IMG/VR virus record: IMGVR_UViG_3300046757_000226
Coordinates: 1-57,172 of that record
Length of the DNA: 57,172 bases
Reading direction: 5' to 3' (one strand)
From: a virus
Taxonomy: Duplodnaviria; Caudoviricetes
Shown here piece by piece: positions 9,666 to 19,261 of this stretch; within the stretch, counting starts at the first letter, position 1, and each line of letters starts with the position of its first letter. Under the pieces are notes generated by a model, which did not search any database, was not told the origin of the DNA, and was given only the letters and a program-made list of their open reading frames with translations. The position numbers and the translations under genes are program-made.

Positions 9666-10895
9666 ATGAAGGTTGGTTTTATAGGCATCGGCAAACTTGG
9701 ATTGCCTTGTGCAGAAGCAATTGCACAAAAAGGGCACGAAGTTGAAGGGTATGATGTTGCAAAAGTTACAAGTGATAATATTACAGTTGTTGATACAGTA
9801 AAAGATGTTGTAGCAAATAAAGAAATTGTATTTGTAGCAGTCCCTACACCTCATGACCCTGCATATGATGGCAGAGCTCCTACTGCACATCTTGATCCAA
9901 AAGATTTTTCTTACGACATTGTAAAGAAAGTTCTAACACAAGCAAATGAACATATGAACAAAGACCAGTTACTTGTACTTATTAGTACAGTGTTACCAGG
10001 CACAGTTAGGAACCAGTTAGTTGAACTTACAGACAATAGTCGTTTTATATATAATCCTTATCTTATTGCAATGGGCTCAGTGGCATGGGATATGGTAAAT
10101 CCAGAAATGGTAATGATTGGTACAGAAGATGGCACTGAAACTGGAGATGCAAAACAACTTGTAGATTTTTATAAAACTATAATGGAAAACAATCCACGAT
10201 ATGAAATTGGTACGTGGGACGAATGTGAATGCATTAAAGTATTTTATAACACATTTATTAGTACAAAAATTGGCCTTGTTAACATGATACAAGATGTTGC
10301 ACAAAAACAAGGCAATATTAATGTAGACGTTGTTACAGAAGCACTAGCACAAAGCACAAAACGCATTATGGGTCCGCAGTATATGACAGCTGGCATGGGC
10401 GATGGCGGAGGATGCCATCCAAGAGATAATATTGCTCTACGTTATATGGCAAGTGAATTAGGATTAGGATACGATATTTTTGATGCAATAATGAATGCAA
10501 GAGAAATCCAAGCAAAAAATATTGCATTAGAACTTGTAAAATATGCAGAAGAAACAAACATGCCAATCTTTATTCACGGCAAAGCATACAAGCCTGGTGT
10601 AGAATATTGCGACGGCAGCTATAGTTTACTAGTAGGACACTATGTTGAAGAACAAGGACATCGTGTTACGTATATTGATCCTCTTACAGGTGATGATGTA
10701 GAGTTAGGTATGCCCGGCATTATATTACTTGCACACAGTGCAAGTACAACTTACAAGTATATGCAAGAAGAAGGCGACAGTACTGATAAATTGTATTGTA
10801 AAATTCCATCTAATAGTATCGTAGTAGATCCGTGGAGGAACTTTAGTTCCGATACATCTAAAGTAATACACTACGGTAACACGAGACATGGATAA
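9666..10895 (+). CDS. ugd: UDP-glucose/GDP-mannose 6-dehydrogenase family
   Basis: GIGKLG Rossmann motif, AVPTP, STVLPGT, catalytic K (ECIKVFYN) and C (GDGGGCHPRD), C-terminal GKAYKP domain. Confidence 0.9.
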   Translation: MKVGFIGIGKLGLPCAEAIAQKGHEVEGYDVAKVTSDNITVVDTVKDVVANKEIVFVAVPTPHDPAYDGRAPTAHLDPKDFSYDIVKKVLTQANEHMNKDQLLVLISTVLPGTVRNQLVELTDNSRFIYNPYLIAMGSVAWDMVNPEMVMIGTEDGTETGDAKQLVDFYKTIMENNPRYEIGTWDECECIKVFYNTFISTKIGLVNMIQDVAQKQGNINVDVVTEALAQSTKRIMGPQYMTAGMGDGGGCHPRDNIALRYMASELGLGYDIFDAIMNAREIQAKNIALELVKYAEETNMPIFIHGKAYKPGVEYCDGSYSLLVGHYVEEQGHRVTYIDPLTGDDVELGMPGIILLAHSASTTYKYMQEEGDSTDKLYCKIPSNSIVVDPWRNFSSDTSKVIHYGNTRHG

Positions 10896-10897
10896 TT

Positions 10898-11572
10898 ATG
10901 TACGACATTGTATTCATAAGTTATCAAGAACCTAATGCAGATGAAAATTTTACTAAACTAAAGGAAAGATTTCCAATGGTAAAACGTGTGCATGGTGTAA
11001 AAGGATTACATCAAGCACATATAAACGCAGCTAAAAAATGTTTTACTAATATGTTTTGGGTTGTAGATGCTGATGCAATTATTTTAGACGATTTTAACTT
11101 TGAATATAACGTACCTAGTCATCAACTTGATCATGTACATGTTTGGAGGACTCAAAATCCAATTAACGACTTAGTTTATGGCTACGGTGGTGTAAAACTT
11201 CTTCCTAGAAAACTAACTTTATCTGTAGACATTAACAGCGCCGATATGACAACTAGCATTAGTAAAAACTTTATGGCAATGCCAGACATATCAAACATTA
11301 CAGCATTTAACACAGATCCGTTTAATACATATAAGTCAGCATTTAGAGAATGTGCAAAGCTAAGTAGTAAAGTTATTAAAGGGCAACATGACGAAGAAAC
11401 AGAAAAACGACTTGAAACTTGGTGTACAGTTGGCAAAACTAGACCGTATGGTTTATACGCTTTGGCCGGTGCTATTAGTGGCCGCAAGTTTGGGATGGCT
11501 TCTGGCAGCAATATTGCACTTATTAATGACTTTGACTGGCTAAAGGATCAGTTTGATGCAGCTAGTTTCTAG
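10898..11572 (+). CDS. GT-A fold glycosyltransferase (phage type)
   Basis: YDIVFISYQEPNA, FWVVDAD (DxD), YGYGGVK, SAFRECAKL; paralog of 3804-4736. Confidence 0.7.
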   Translation: MYDIVFISYQEPNADENFTKLKERFPMVKRVHGVKGLHQAHINAAKKCFTNMFWVVDADAIILDDFNFEYNVPSHQLDHVHVWRTQNPINDLVYGYGGVKLLPRKLTLSVDINSADMTTSISKNFMAMPDISNITAFNTDPFNTYKSAFRECAKLSSKVIKGQHDEETEKRLETWCTVGKTRPYGLYALAGAISGRKFGMASGSNIALINDFDWLKDQFDAASF

Positions 11573-12635
11573 TATTAAGACAGTTCATGTTGAACTAACT
11601 GACAAATGCCAAGCACAATGTCCAATGTGTGCTAGAAACTATCATGGCGGAGCAACTCGTCCATTTATACGCAATGGCGACATGAGCATTGAACAATTTA
11701 AAGAATGGTTTCCTAAAGAATTTTTAGCGCAATTAGATAACTTTTATAGTTGTGGTAACTATGGCGATCCAGCATTTGCAAGTGATTGTTTAGAAATATA
11801 TTCATATGTGCGTGAATGTAACCCTACTGTAAGATTAGCATTGCATACTAACGGAGGTATGCGTAATCCTACATGGTGGACAAAGTTAGCACAAGCAATA
11901 GGAACACAATCTAATAGTGAAGTAGTATTTGCAGTTGACGGCTTTAAAGGAAAGCATGAGTTATATCGCAAAAATACAAATTTTGATAAAGTAATTGCCA
12001 ACATGAAAGCATTTATTAGTGCAGGAGGTAGGGCAAGAGTTGATAGTTTAGTATTTGCTCATAACGAACATGAAGTAGACGAACTTGAAGAATACATATT
12101 AGGTCTAGGAGCGCAGGCTATAAACTTTGTAAGCACTACGAGATTTTATGAAATGTCAGAATATGAAGTACACGACAATGAAGGTAATGTAGAATACACA
12201 ATTAAGCCTGCAAAAACTGAACGTTTTAAAAAGACTCCAAACAAAACGCTAGTTAATTTAGTAGATAAAGAATATAGAGACAGTGTAATTTCTAATACAA
12301 CAATTAATCCAAAGTGTGTAGACGAACAAGGGATATATGTAGATCCATATGGTAGTATTTTTCCGTGTTGTTGGATAGGCGGAGACTATTTAGAGCAACC
12401 TATTGAAGAAAAGTTACCAATACATTATCTTAGAAATCTAAGTGTTGAATTTTCAAAACAGATGATGGAAGATATTCGTGTTGAAAATTGCAGTACAGGA
12501 ATATTAAAAGATAGAAGTACAAAATTATTTAAGAGACTAGACACATATTGGGAAGATGAAAATAAGTGCTTGACATGTGCTAGACAATGTAGTAAACTAG
12601 TATATGACTCTAATAGAAAGTATGAATTTGAATAG
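11556..12635 (+). CDS. radical SAM enzyme with C-terminal Twitch/SPASM domain
   Basis: CQAQCPMC, CGNYGDP, HTNG, C-terminal C...GSIFPCC...CARQC. Confidence 0.9.
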   Translation: MQLVSSIKTVHVELTDKCQAQCPMCARNYHGGATRPFIRNGDMSIEQFKEWFPKEFLAQLDNFYSCGNYGDPAFASDCLEIYSYVRECNPTVRLALHTNGGMRNPTWWTKLAQAIGTQSNSEVVFAVDGFKGKHELYRKNTNFDKVIANMKAFISAGGRARVDSLVFAHNEHEVDELEEYILGLGAQAINFVSTTRFYEMSEYEVHDNEGNVEYTIKPAKTERFKKTPNKTLVNLVDKEYRDSVISNTTINPKCVDEQGIYVDPYGSIFPCCWIGGDYLEQPIEEKLPIHYLRNLSVEFSKQMMEDIRVENCSTGILKDRSTKLFKRLDTYWEDENKCLTCARQCSKLVYDSNRKYEFE

Positions 12636-13611
12636 TTACGACAAAATACCATGGACTGATATAACCAGTTTTGGACAGCAAACGATGCTTAAGAGCCATC
12701 TTTTCACGGTCTCATGGATTTTGGCTAGATTTTGTAATTATTCATGCAGTTATTGCTGGCCATACGCTAGATCTAGTACCCCGGATCACCAAGATTTAGA
12801 AATTTACTTAAAGGCCTTAGATAGTATCAAAGCACAAGCTCGTGCAAACGGCTTTACAGACTTTCATTTTAGCTTCTCAGGAGGCGAACCTACAGCGTAT
12901 AAGTACTTTGGGGAGATCATAGATCATTACTGTAGTGATACAGCACCCGATTACCAAAGTATCCACATGACGACCAATCTTAGCCCGGGAAGCAAATGGT
13001 GGAACAAATGGTTAGAAAGTACTAAGACTCTGCACCGCAGAAGTATAACAGCAAGTTACCATGCAGAATTTGCAAATGAACAGGAGTTTGGAGATAAATG
13101 TCTCCAATTAATAGACAATGAAACATTCGTTACAATTAATCAAGTTATGGTTCCAGAAATGTTTGAAGAACTTTACGAACGCTTGGAACGATTTGCCGCC
13201 CGAGGTATTAATGTTACTCTCAAACCCCAATCTGACCCAACCGCCAGTTACGTGGTACATGGATATACAGAAGACCAAATTGCAAAAATGCGACAAGGAT
13301 TTCCACAAAAGTGGAACGGCGAGCAAATAGCACAAATTGCACTATATGATAGTGAAGGTACAAAATACGAGTTAGATCAAGCAGAACGCTTCAATGCATT
13401 TGGATTCAATAAGTTTCACGGATGGGAATGTAATGCAGGATACCAAGGTTGTGTTATTCGAGAGAATGAAGTTAAACGTAGCTATAGCTGTCACGATTAT
13501 CCTTTAGGCACGTTAGACGGAGGATTTGAGCTGTTTAAAGCGCCACAAGAGTGTATAACCTATAGTTGTGTTAGTAGTGCAGACTCTAAAATACCAAAGA
13601 GAAAAATATGA
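12622..13611 (+). CDS. radical SAM enzyme with C-terminal Twitch-like domain
   Basis: CNYSCSYC, SGGEP, C-terminal CNAG...SC...CITYSCVSSAD. Confidence 0.9.
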   Translation: MNLNSYDKIPWTDITSFGQQTMLKSHLFTVSWILARFCNYSCSYCWPYARSSTPDHQDLEIYLKALDSIKAQARANGFTDFHFSFSGGEPTAYKYFGEIIDHYCSDTAPDYQSIHMTTNLSPGSKWWNKWLESTKTLHRRSITASYHAEFANEQEFGDKCLQLIDNETFVTINQVMVPEMFEELYERLERFAARGINVTLKPQSDPTASYVVHGYTEDQIAKMRQGFPQKWNGEQIAQIALYDSEGTKYELDQAERFNAFGFNKFHGWECNAGYQGCVIRENEVKRSYSCHDYPLGTLDGGFELFKAPQECITYSCVSSADSKIPKRKI

Positions 13612-14342
13612 AATTTGGAATATTAGGATACGGTTACGTAGGTAAAGCCACACACAAAGGTTTGCTCAATGATGCAAAGACTGTTGTGCATGACATTACA
13701 TTTGACACTGAAAGAGAAATTTTAAAAAATGCAGATACTATCTTTGTGTGTATACCTACAGAAACACAAGCAGATATTGACACTGTTATTTCTGAAATAA
13801 AATTAATACAAGAATTTAACCCTTTAGCAACATTTGTTATCCGTAGTACATTGCCATTAGGATCTTGTGAACGCATACAACACGAAGTAGGTACTATAAT
13901 TTATATACCAGAATTTTTACGTGAACGATATTGGGACACAGATTGTTTTAAGCGTCCACTAGTTGTTGGTTATGACAACGTAGATTTGCCTCAGTGGTTA
14001 TTAGATGAAGAAATTAATATTTGTACTACTAAAGAAGCAGAACTAGTTAAGATGTATTCAAATAATTTTGCAGTAATAAAAATTGCATTTGCAAATGTAT
14101 TTTATGATCTAGCAGAAAACGTTGGTGCTGATTATGACAAAGTTAAAGATGCATTTTTAAAAGTACAACATTCGCAAACATATTTAGATGTTCCTGGACA
14201 TGACGGAACAAGGGGCTTTGGCGGCAAATGTTTGCCTAAAGATTTAGATTTCCTAATTGATACATTAGAAGATCAAGATATAAACCAAAATTGGTTTAAA
14301 CATATTAGAGAGTTAAACAACGGATGGAAAGAAAAGTTCTAG
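13608..14342 (+). CDS. short nucleotide-sugar dehydrogenase (UGDH family, lacks C-terminal domain)
   Basis: GYGYVG, CIPT, RSTLPLG, PEFLRE, AELVKMYSN, GFGGKCLPKD; only 244 aa. Confidence 0.85.
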   Translation: MKFGILGYGYVGKATHKGLLNDAKTVVHDITFDTEREILKNADTIFVCIPTETQADIDTVISEIKLIQEFNPLATFVIRSTLPLGSCERIQHEVGTIIYIPEFLRERYWDTDCFKRPLVVGYDNVDLPQWLLDEEINICTTKEAELVKMYSNNFAVIKIAFANVFYDLAENVGADYDKVKDAFLKVQHSQTYLDVPGHDGTRGFGGKCLPKDLDFLIDTLEDQDINQNWFKHIRELNNGWKEKF

Positions 14343-15196
14343 TTACAGGAGCGTCTGGGCTCATTGGTAGAGAGTTGTGTAAGCAGTTGTCTAAAAATTT
14401 CCATGTGGTTGGAATTGACAATGAATTTAGATATTCATATAGACCAAATTCTCAAGAATTTGTAAAAGGAAACCTACAAAGTTTTTTAGATGCTTGCCAA
14501 GAAGAATTTGCATATATTTTTCATATGGGTGCAATTAATGGTACAAAATACTTTTATGATATTCCTAACAAATTAATTGAAAATAATATATCAGCTGACA
14601 TGTCAGTTTTTAAATATGCTGAAAGAAATAAAAAGTGTAAAATAATTTATGCAAGTAGCAGTGAAGTTATTGCAGATACAAATATATTTCCTACACCAGA
14701 GATAAACAACATAGCTATACACGATATAACTAATCCGCGATGGAGTTATAGACTGTCTAAAATAGTTAGTGAAAATTATCTTACTAATAGCAGTATAAAT
14801 TATATTATATTAAGATTCTTTAATATTTTTGGACCAGCATCTGCGTCAGGACATTTTATAAGAGATATTTTAGAAAAAATTGATAATGAAGATTTTACTC
14901 TTATTGCTCCAGATGAAACTCGAAGTTTTTGCAGAGTTGAAGATGCTGTTGATGCAATAGTAAATATCTTTGATAAAGTAGATAATACAACAGTTAATAT
15001 TGGCAGCGACGAAGAACTCACAATTAAAGAAGCAGCAAATATTATCGCTGCTTCAAAAGGATTAACTGTAGACTGGAAAAGACTACCTCCAAATTATGGA
15101 AGTGTTAGTAGAAGATGTCCGGACATTGCTAAATTAAAAAACATTTATCCTCAATATAGTCCTAAAAAATTCAAGGATGCAATACAAGATCTATGA
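14324..15196 (+). CDS. NAD-dependent nucleotide-sugar epimerase/dehydratase
   Basis: TGASGLIG, YASSSEV, YRLSK (YxxxK), RFFNIFGP, TRSFC. Confidence 0.9.
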   Translation: MERKVLVTGASGLIGRELCKQLSKNFHVVGIDNEFRYSYRPNSQEFVKGNLQSFLDACQEEFAYIFHMGAINGTKYFYDIPNKLIENNISADMSVFKYAERNKKCKIIYASSSEVIADTNIFPTPEINNIAIHDITNPRWSYRLSKIVSENYLTNSSINYIILRFFNIFGPASASGHFIRDILEKIDNEDFTLIAPDETRSFCRVEDAVDAIVNIFDKVDNTTVNIGSDEELTIKEAANIIAASKGLTVDWKRLPPNYGSVSRRCPDIAKLKNIYPQYSPKKFKDAIQDL

Positions 15197-15801
15197 AAGT
15201 TGATTTAGAAGATGTATTATTTTGGATGGACGCTATACGAGACAGCGATGATCGTTATAGAACACTTGAAAGTTTTTGGAAAGGCCAAATACATAGTAAG
15301 GAATGGCTAGTTAAAGAACTTGAGCGTACTGATATTAAAGCTAACAATGCAGTTGTATACGGCGGCTGGAATGGTGTGCTTGCATCTTTACTTTTTAATA
15401 GTGAGAAACTTAATTTACAGTTTGTAACAAGCGTAGACATTGATCCTAATTGTGAAAAAACTGCAAATACTATTAATCGGCGCTATCAAATAAAAGAAAA
15501 ATTTAAGGCAGTAACAGCAGACATGTGTGATTATACACAACCGTTAGATATTGCAATTAATACTAGTTGTGAACATATTACACAGCAGCAATATGACAAG
15601 TGGTTATCTAATCAGCCAAACGATGCATGGATAGTAGTACAAAGCAATAACTATTTTGAGCATCCGGAACATATTCGATGTGCAACTGATATAAACGATT
15701 TTATGAAGATGAGTAAGATAAAGCCGTTCTATCGAGGATGTCTTGAAACATCTAAATACACTAGATATATGATTATAGGAAAGAAAAAATCGACTCATTA
15801 G
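15193..15801 (+). CDS. class I SAM-dependent methyltransferase
   Basis: VYGGWNG Gly-rich motif I, SVDIDP acidic motif II, TADM, INTSCEH. Confidence 0.75.
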   Translation: MKVDLEDVLFWMDAIRDSDDRYRTLESFWKGQIHSKEWLVKELERTDIKANNAVVYGGWNGVLASLLFNSEKLNLQFVTSVDIDPNCEKTANTINRRYQIKEKFKAVTADMCDYTQPLDIAINTSCEHITQQQYDKWLSNQPNDAWIVVQSNNYFEHPEHIRCATDINDFMKMSKIKPFYRGCLETSKYTRYMIIGKKKSTH

Positions 15802-17171
15802 ACAAATATACAGATGCAATAGCAAATGCAGCAGGCGTAAATACCTTTTGTGTCTTGCCTTGGATACATTTTGCTACACGACCAAATGGAGACATGCGTC
15901 TCTGTTGTTCTTCAAATGCTAGTGGTGCTGGAGAAGACCACGAAGTAGGTTTAGTTAAAATGGAACACGGCAAACCAGCTAATTTTGGCCGTGAAACTCC
16001 TATGGAAGCATGGAACAATGAGTACATGAAAAGTGTACGAACAACTATGCTACAAGGAAATATACCTGCAAGTTGCCGCAAGTGTTTTGAAGAAGAATCT
16101 CGAGGCGTTGCAAGTAAGCGTGTATGGGAATCTTATACTTGGATGGAAGATGGTGTTGATATTCCTGAGCTAATACGTCAAACACAAGAAGACGGAACTG
16201 TTCCTGAAAAGTTACAATATTTAGATTTACGTTTAGGACACACATGTAATATCAAATGTGTTATGTGTAGCCCACATGATTCGAGTAAATGGGTAGCAGA
16301 TCATAAACAGCTTATTCCTGTATTACAAGATCCAGAAGTTAAAAGACAAATGCAATGGGACCGCAAAGAGTTTAATAATAAGTGGCATGAAAAGGATACG
16401 TTCTGGGAAGAAATGAACGCACAGATTCCGCATCTAAAACAAGTGTACTTTGCAGGCGGCGAACCTTTAATGATTAAAGAACATAAAATGTTTATTGAAG
16501 AAATTGTACGTCAAGGATATCAAGATAAAATACTATTACGTTATAATTCAAATGGATTATTAGTAGATGACGATTTAATTGAATTATGGTCAAAGTTTAA
16601 GAAAGTTAAATTTGCTATTAGTATGGATGCAAGCCACGAGCGTGATGAATATATACGTTATCCTACAAAGTTTGAAACTGTAGAAAAAACTTTGCATATG
16701 CTTGACAACACACCTGATAATATACAAACAAGTTTAGCAACAGCAATACAAATATTCAATGTCAAACATTTGCCAGACTTTATGAAATGGAAACTTGAAA
16801 GCGGATTTAAAAAGTTAAACAGTGGTACAGTTCCAGGCGGCGTACAAATGGGCGGCGGATTAGTTAACATGCACTTACTTTACATTCCAACATTTCTTAG
16901 TATACAAATATTACCTAAAGAAGATAAAGAAGAAGTTAAAGAACGGTTTATGGACTTTAAAGATTGGCTGTGGAATAACTATAGACAAGATGACGATTAC
17001 TGGAAACATAATCCTTACGGCTGGAAACGTTGGGAAGCAGTTCTTAATCATATGAACGCACAAGACAACAGTCATTTGCTGGCAGGCTTTAAGGAATACA
17101 CAAACAAACTTGATGCAATACGTGGACTTTCTGCAGCAAAAGTATTTCCGGAGTTAGCACATCTACTATGA
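15789..17171 (+). CDS. radical SAM enzyme with N-terminal Twitch-like cluster (start uncertain, upstream of 15855)
   Basis: CNIKCVMC, FAGGEP. The frame is open upstream to 15765 and encodes TFCVLPW, the conserved first Cys of the N-terminal cluster, so the TTG at 15855 truncates it. ATC 15789 follows AGGA. Confidence 0.85.
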   Translation: MDSLDKYTDAIANAAGVNTFCVLPWIHFATRPNGDMRLCCSSNASGAGEDHEVGLVKMEHGKPANFGRETPMEAWNNEYMKSVRTTMLQGNIPASCRKCFEEESRGVASKRVWESYTWMEDGVDIPELIRQTQEDGTVPEKLQYLDLRLGHTCNIKCVMCSPHDSSKWVADHKQLIPVLQDPEVKRQMQWDRKEFNNKWHEKDTFWEEMNAQIPHLKQVYFAGGEPLMIKEHKMFIEEIVRQGYQDKILLRYNSNGLLVDDDLIELWSKFKKVKFAISMDASHERDEYIRYPTKFETVEKTLHMLDNTPDNIQTSLATAIQIFNVKHLPDFMKWKLESGFKKLNSGTVPGGVQMGGGLVNMHLLYIPTFLSIQILPKEDKEEVKERFMDFKDWLWNNYRQDDDYWKHNPYGWKRWEAVLNHMNAQDNSHLLAGFKEYTNKLDAIRGLSAAKVFPELAHLL

Positions 17172-18181
17172 AAAAACTAATTAAAATTATTACAACACAA
17201 GAACCGGAAATATTAGACATTCGTTTTTGGCCTACTGATATCTGCAATTTTTCATGTGCATATTGTTTTCCTGGAAGTGTAACGAATAAACTCCGTTACC
17301 CAAAAAATATTGACACAGTTGTAAATAACTTTAGAGCATTGTTCGATTTTTATATTGCTAAACATAATAAAACAAAATTTAAAATTAATATTGTAGGAGG
17401 CGGTGAACCTACATTATGGCCACACTTTGCTCAGTTTTGTAAAGACATTAAAGAAAGACACGATGTGCATATTCAATGTACAACAAATGGCAGCAGAACA
17501 GTAAGATGGTTTTCTCAAAACGCAACAGACGTAGACGAATTTGTTTTAAGTTGTCATCAAAAAGATGTTGACATAGATAACTTTATAGATGTCGGTGATT
17601 ATCTATTTACTAATGGTAAAGACGTTACTGCTCTTATGTTAATGGATGCCAGTGCTTGGGAAAGGTGTTTAGATCTTATAGAGCAAATGAAACAAAGTAA
17701 ACAGCCTTGGATTGTTCAAGCAAAAGAAGTTGTTGATGCTCCTGGATATGATATACTAAGTTACACCCAAGAGCAAATGGATTACTTGCAACAACCATTA
17801 AAACGTGCTCCGGATAGCGATTGGATTATTTCTAACCTGCATAGATTTAGAATACATGAAAGTATAGCAATGTATGATAATGGAGGTGCAGTACCGGCAA
17901 CTCCTAACAAATATATAATGGAGCAAGCAAATTATTTTAAAGGTTGGAAATGTAATGTTGCTATTGAAAATTTAGTTATTACACACGATGGACAGGTTAC
18001 CGGAAGTTGCCAAGAACAAGTTTTTAAAAATGCAAATATTAATATGTTTGCAGAAGAATTTATAGAACAGTTTAATAAAGCATCAATGGATTTAAAACCT
18101 ATTATGTGTCCTCGAACTAGTTGTAGTTGTCAACCTGATACACACATATCTAAAGAACTAGTGCCAACAAGCAATATTTAA
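17168..18181 (+). CDS. radical SAM enzyme with C-terminal Twitch-like domain
   Basis: CNFSCAYC, GGGEP, TTNG, C-terminal CNVA...GSC...CPRTSCSCQPD. Confidence 0.9.
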   Translation: MKKLIKIITTQEPEILDIRFWPTDICNFSCAYCFPGSVTNKLRYPKNIDTVVNNFRALFDFYIAKHNKTKFKINIVGGGEPTLWPHFAQFCKDIKERHDVHIQCTTNGSRTVRWFSQNATDVDEFVLSCHQKDVDIDNFIDVGDYLFTNGKDVTALMLMDASAWERCLDLIEQMKQSKQPWIVQAKEVVDAPGYDILSYTQEQMDYLQQPLKRAPDSDWIISNLHRFRIHESIAMYDNGGAVPATPNKYIMEQANYFKGWKCNVAIENLVITHDGQVTGSCQEQVFKNANINMFAEEFIEQFNKASMDLKPIMCPRTSCSCQPDTHISKELVPTSNI

Positions 18182-19261
18182 AATATCTTTATTGGCTTTT
18201 TGTGTATAATTAATCCTAATATCTTTTATATGTCTTATTAACGCTGCTTCTAAATTTTCTTGTGCAAGAAGTCTATGTTTTAAAGAATACTTAGCAGCAG
18301 TACCTTCATATGAAAATATATTTGATAAGTTAATAAACGTTCTTGCATCGGATTTTAAATGATTAATTAAATCAGTATTGTCTAATAAATTTGCTTTTAC
18401 AAATTTATATTCTATTCCGTCCTTGCGAGGACATGCTGATTTCCAATAATCTAATGCACGTTGGTTATAATCGTAAAAAACGATAGTTCCGCATTTTACT
18501 AAATCTGTATACAGTAGTCCACTTGCAGGCACAACAACTTGTTCGTATTCACTGTATATTCCAGTAGCCCATTCGGTATTATCAGTATGCACAAACTCAA
18601 ATTCACAATGAATTAGTTTATAATCAATATAATCCTTACATTTATAAAAGTCTTTTTCACTTTCGGGATAATAATGTTTCTTACTATTTCTTAATCTTTC
18701 ATTGAACACTAACACGTCTAAGTTGTTATCAAATGCTGTGCTAATTAAATTCCAACCATGGCATCTATTGTTGTAAGTTTGTTCAGTATTACCTTTGCGG
18801 ACAGTAAACGGTGTATATGTATCGTGATAATTGTCTATGCTACGTATAGGCACTGTTTGGGTGTGTTGTATGTCTTTTTCTAAAACACCGACTGTAGGGC
18901 ATTGTAGAGCTTTGTAATGCGCCATATTAATCACATAGCATTGATGATGTAGTTCGTAGTAAGCATCATACTCACTTCGATCTAATACATGCCCTGCAAC
19001 AAAAAAATCATGTTTTATAAGTTCGTCGAGGTGTTCAAAAAAATCTGTACCATTAATAAATTCTGTACCAGGACTCATTACAACTGCATGACTAAAGTTT
19101 TTAGATTTTTGTAATAATACTTCTTCATCTTTGTCCACAAATACGTTGTAACCTTTTGTAATCAAGTTTGAAATAGTATGATCTGCAATATTTGTAATTG
19201 TAGTTTTTATTTCATCGTTAGCATAGGTATGTATGTCGTCAATAATACAAAACGCAATCAT
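18158..19261 (-). CDS. hypothetical two-domain protein (possible GT-like N-terminus, SAM-binding-like C-terminus)
   Basis: Start at 19261 overlaps the upstream stop (ATGA). Motifs GHVLD, YYELHHQC; C-terminal VVVPASG...FYDYN...NLSNIF suggest a Rossmann/SAM fold. Confidence 0.45.
   Translation of the reverse strand: MIAFCIIDDIHTYANDEIKTTITNIADHTISNLITKGYNVFVDKDEEVLLQKSKNFSHAVVMSPGTEFINGTDFFEHLDELIKHDFFVAGHVLDRSEYDAYYELHHQCYVINMAHYKALQCPTVGVLEKDIQHTQTVPIRSIDNYHDTYTPFTVRKGNTEQTYNNRCHGWNLISTAFDNNLDVLVFNERLRNSKKHYYPESEKDFYKCKDYIDYKLIHCEFEFVHTDNTEWATGIYSEYEQVVVPASGLLYTDLVKCGTIVFYDYNQRALDYWKSACPRKDGIEYKFVKANLLDNTDLINHLKSDARTFINLSNIFSYEGTAAKYSLKHRLLAQENLEAALIRHIKDIRINYTQKANKDILNIACWH

Noticed and set aside
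9666-15196. Bacterial LPS or capsule locus
   Set aside because: No flippase, polymerase, ABC exporter or obvious membrane protein; flanked by phage structural and replication genes and driven by phage-type late promoters.
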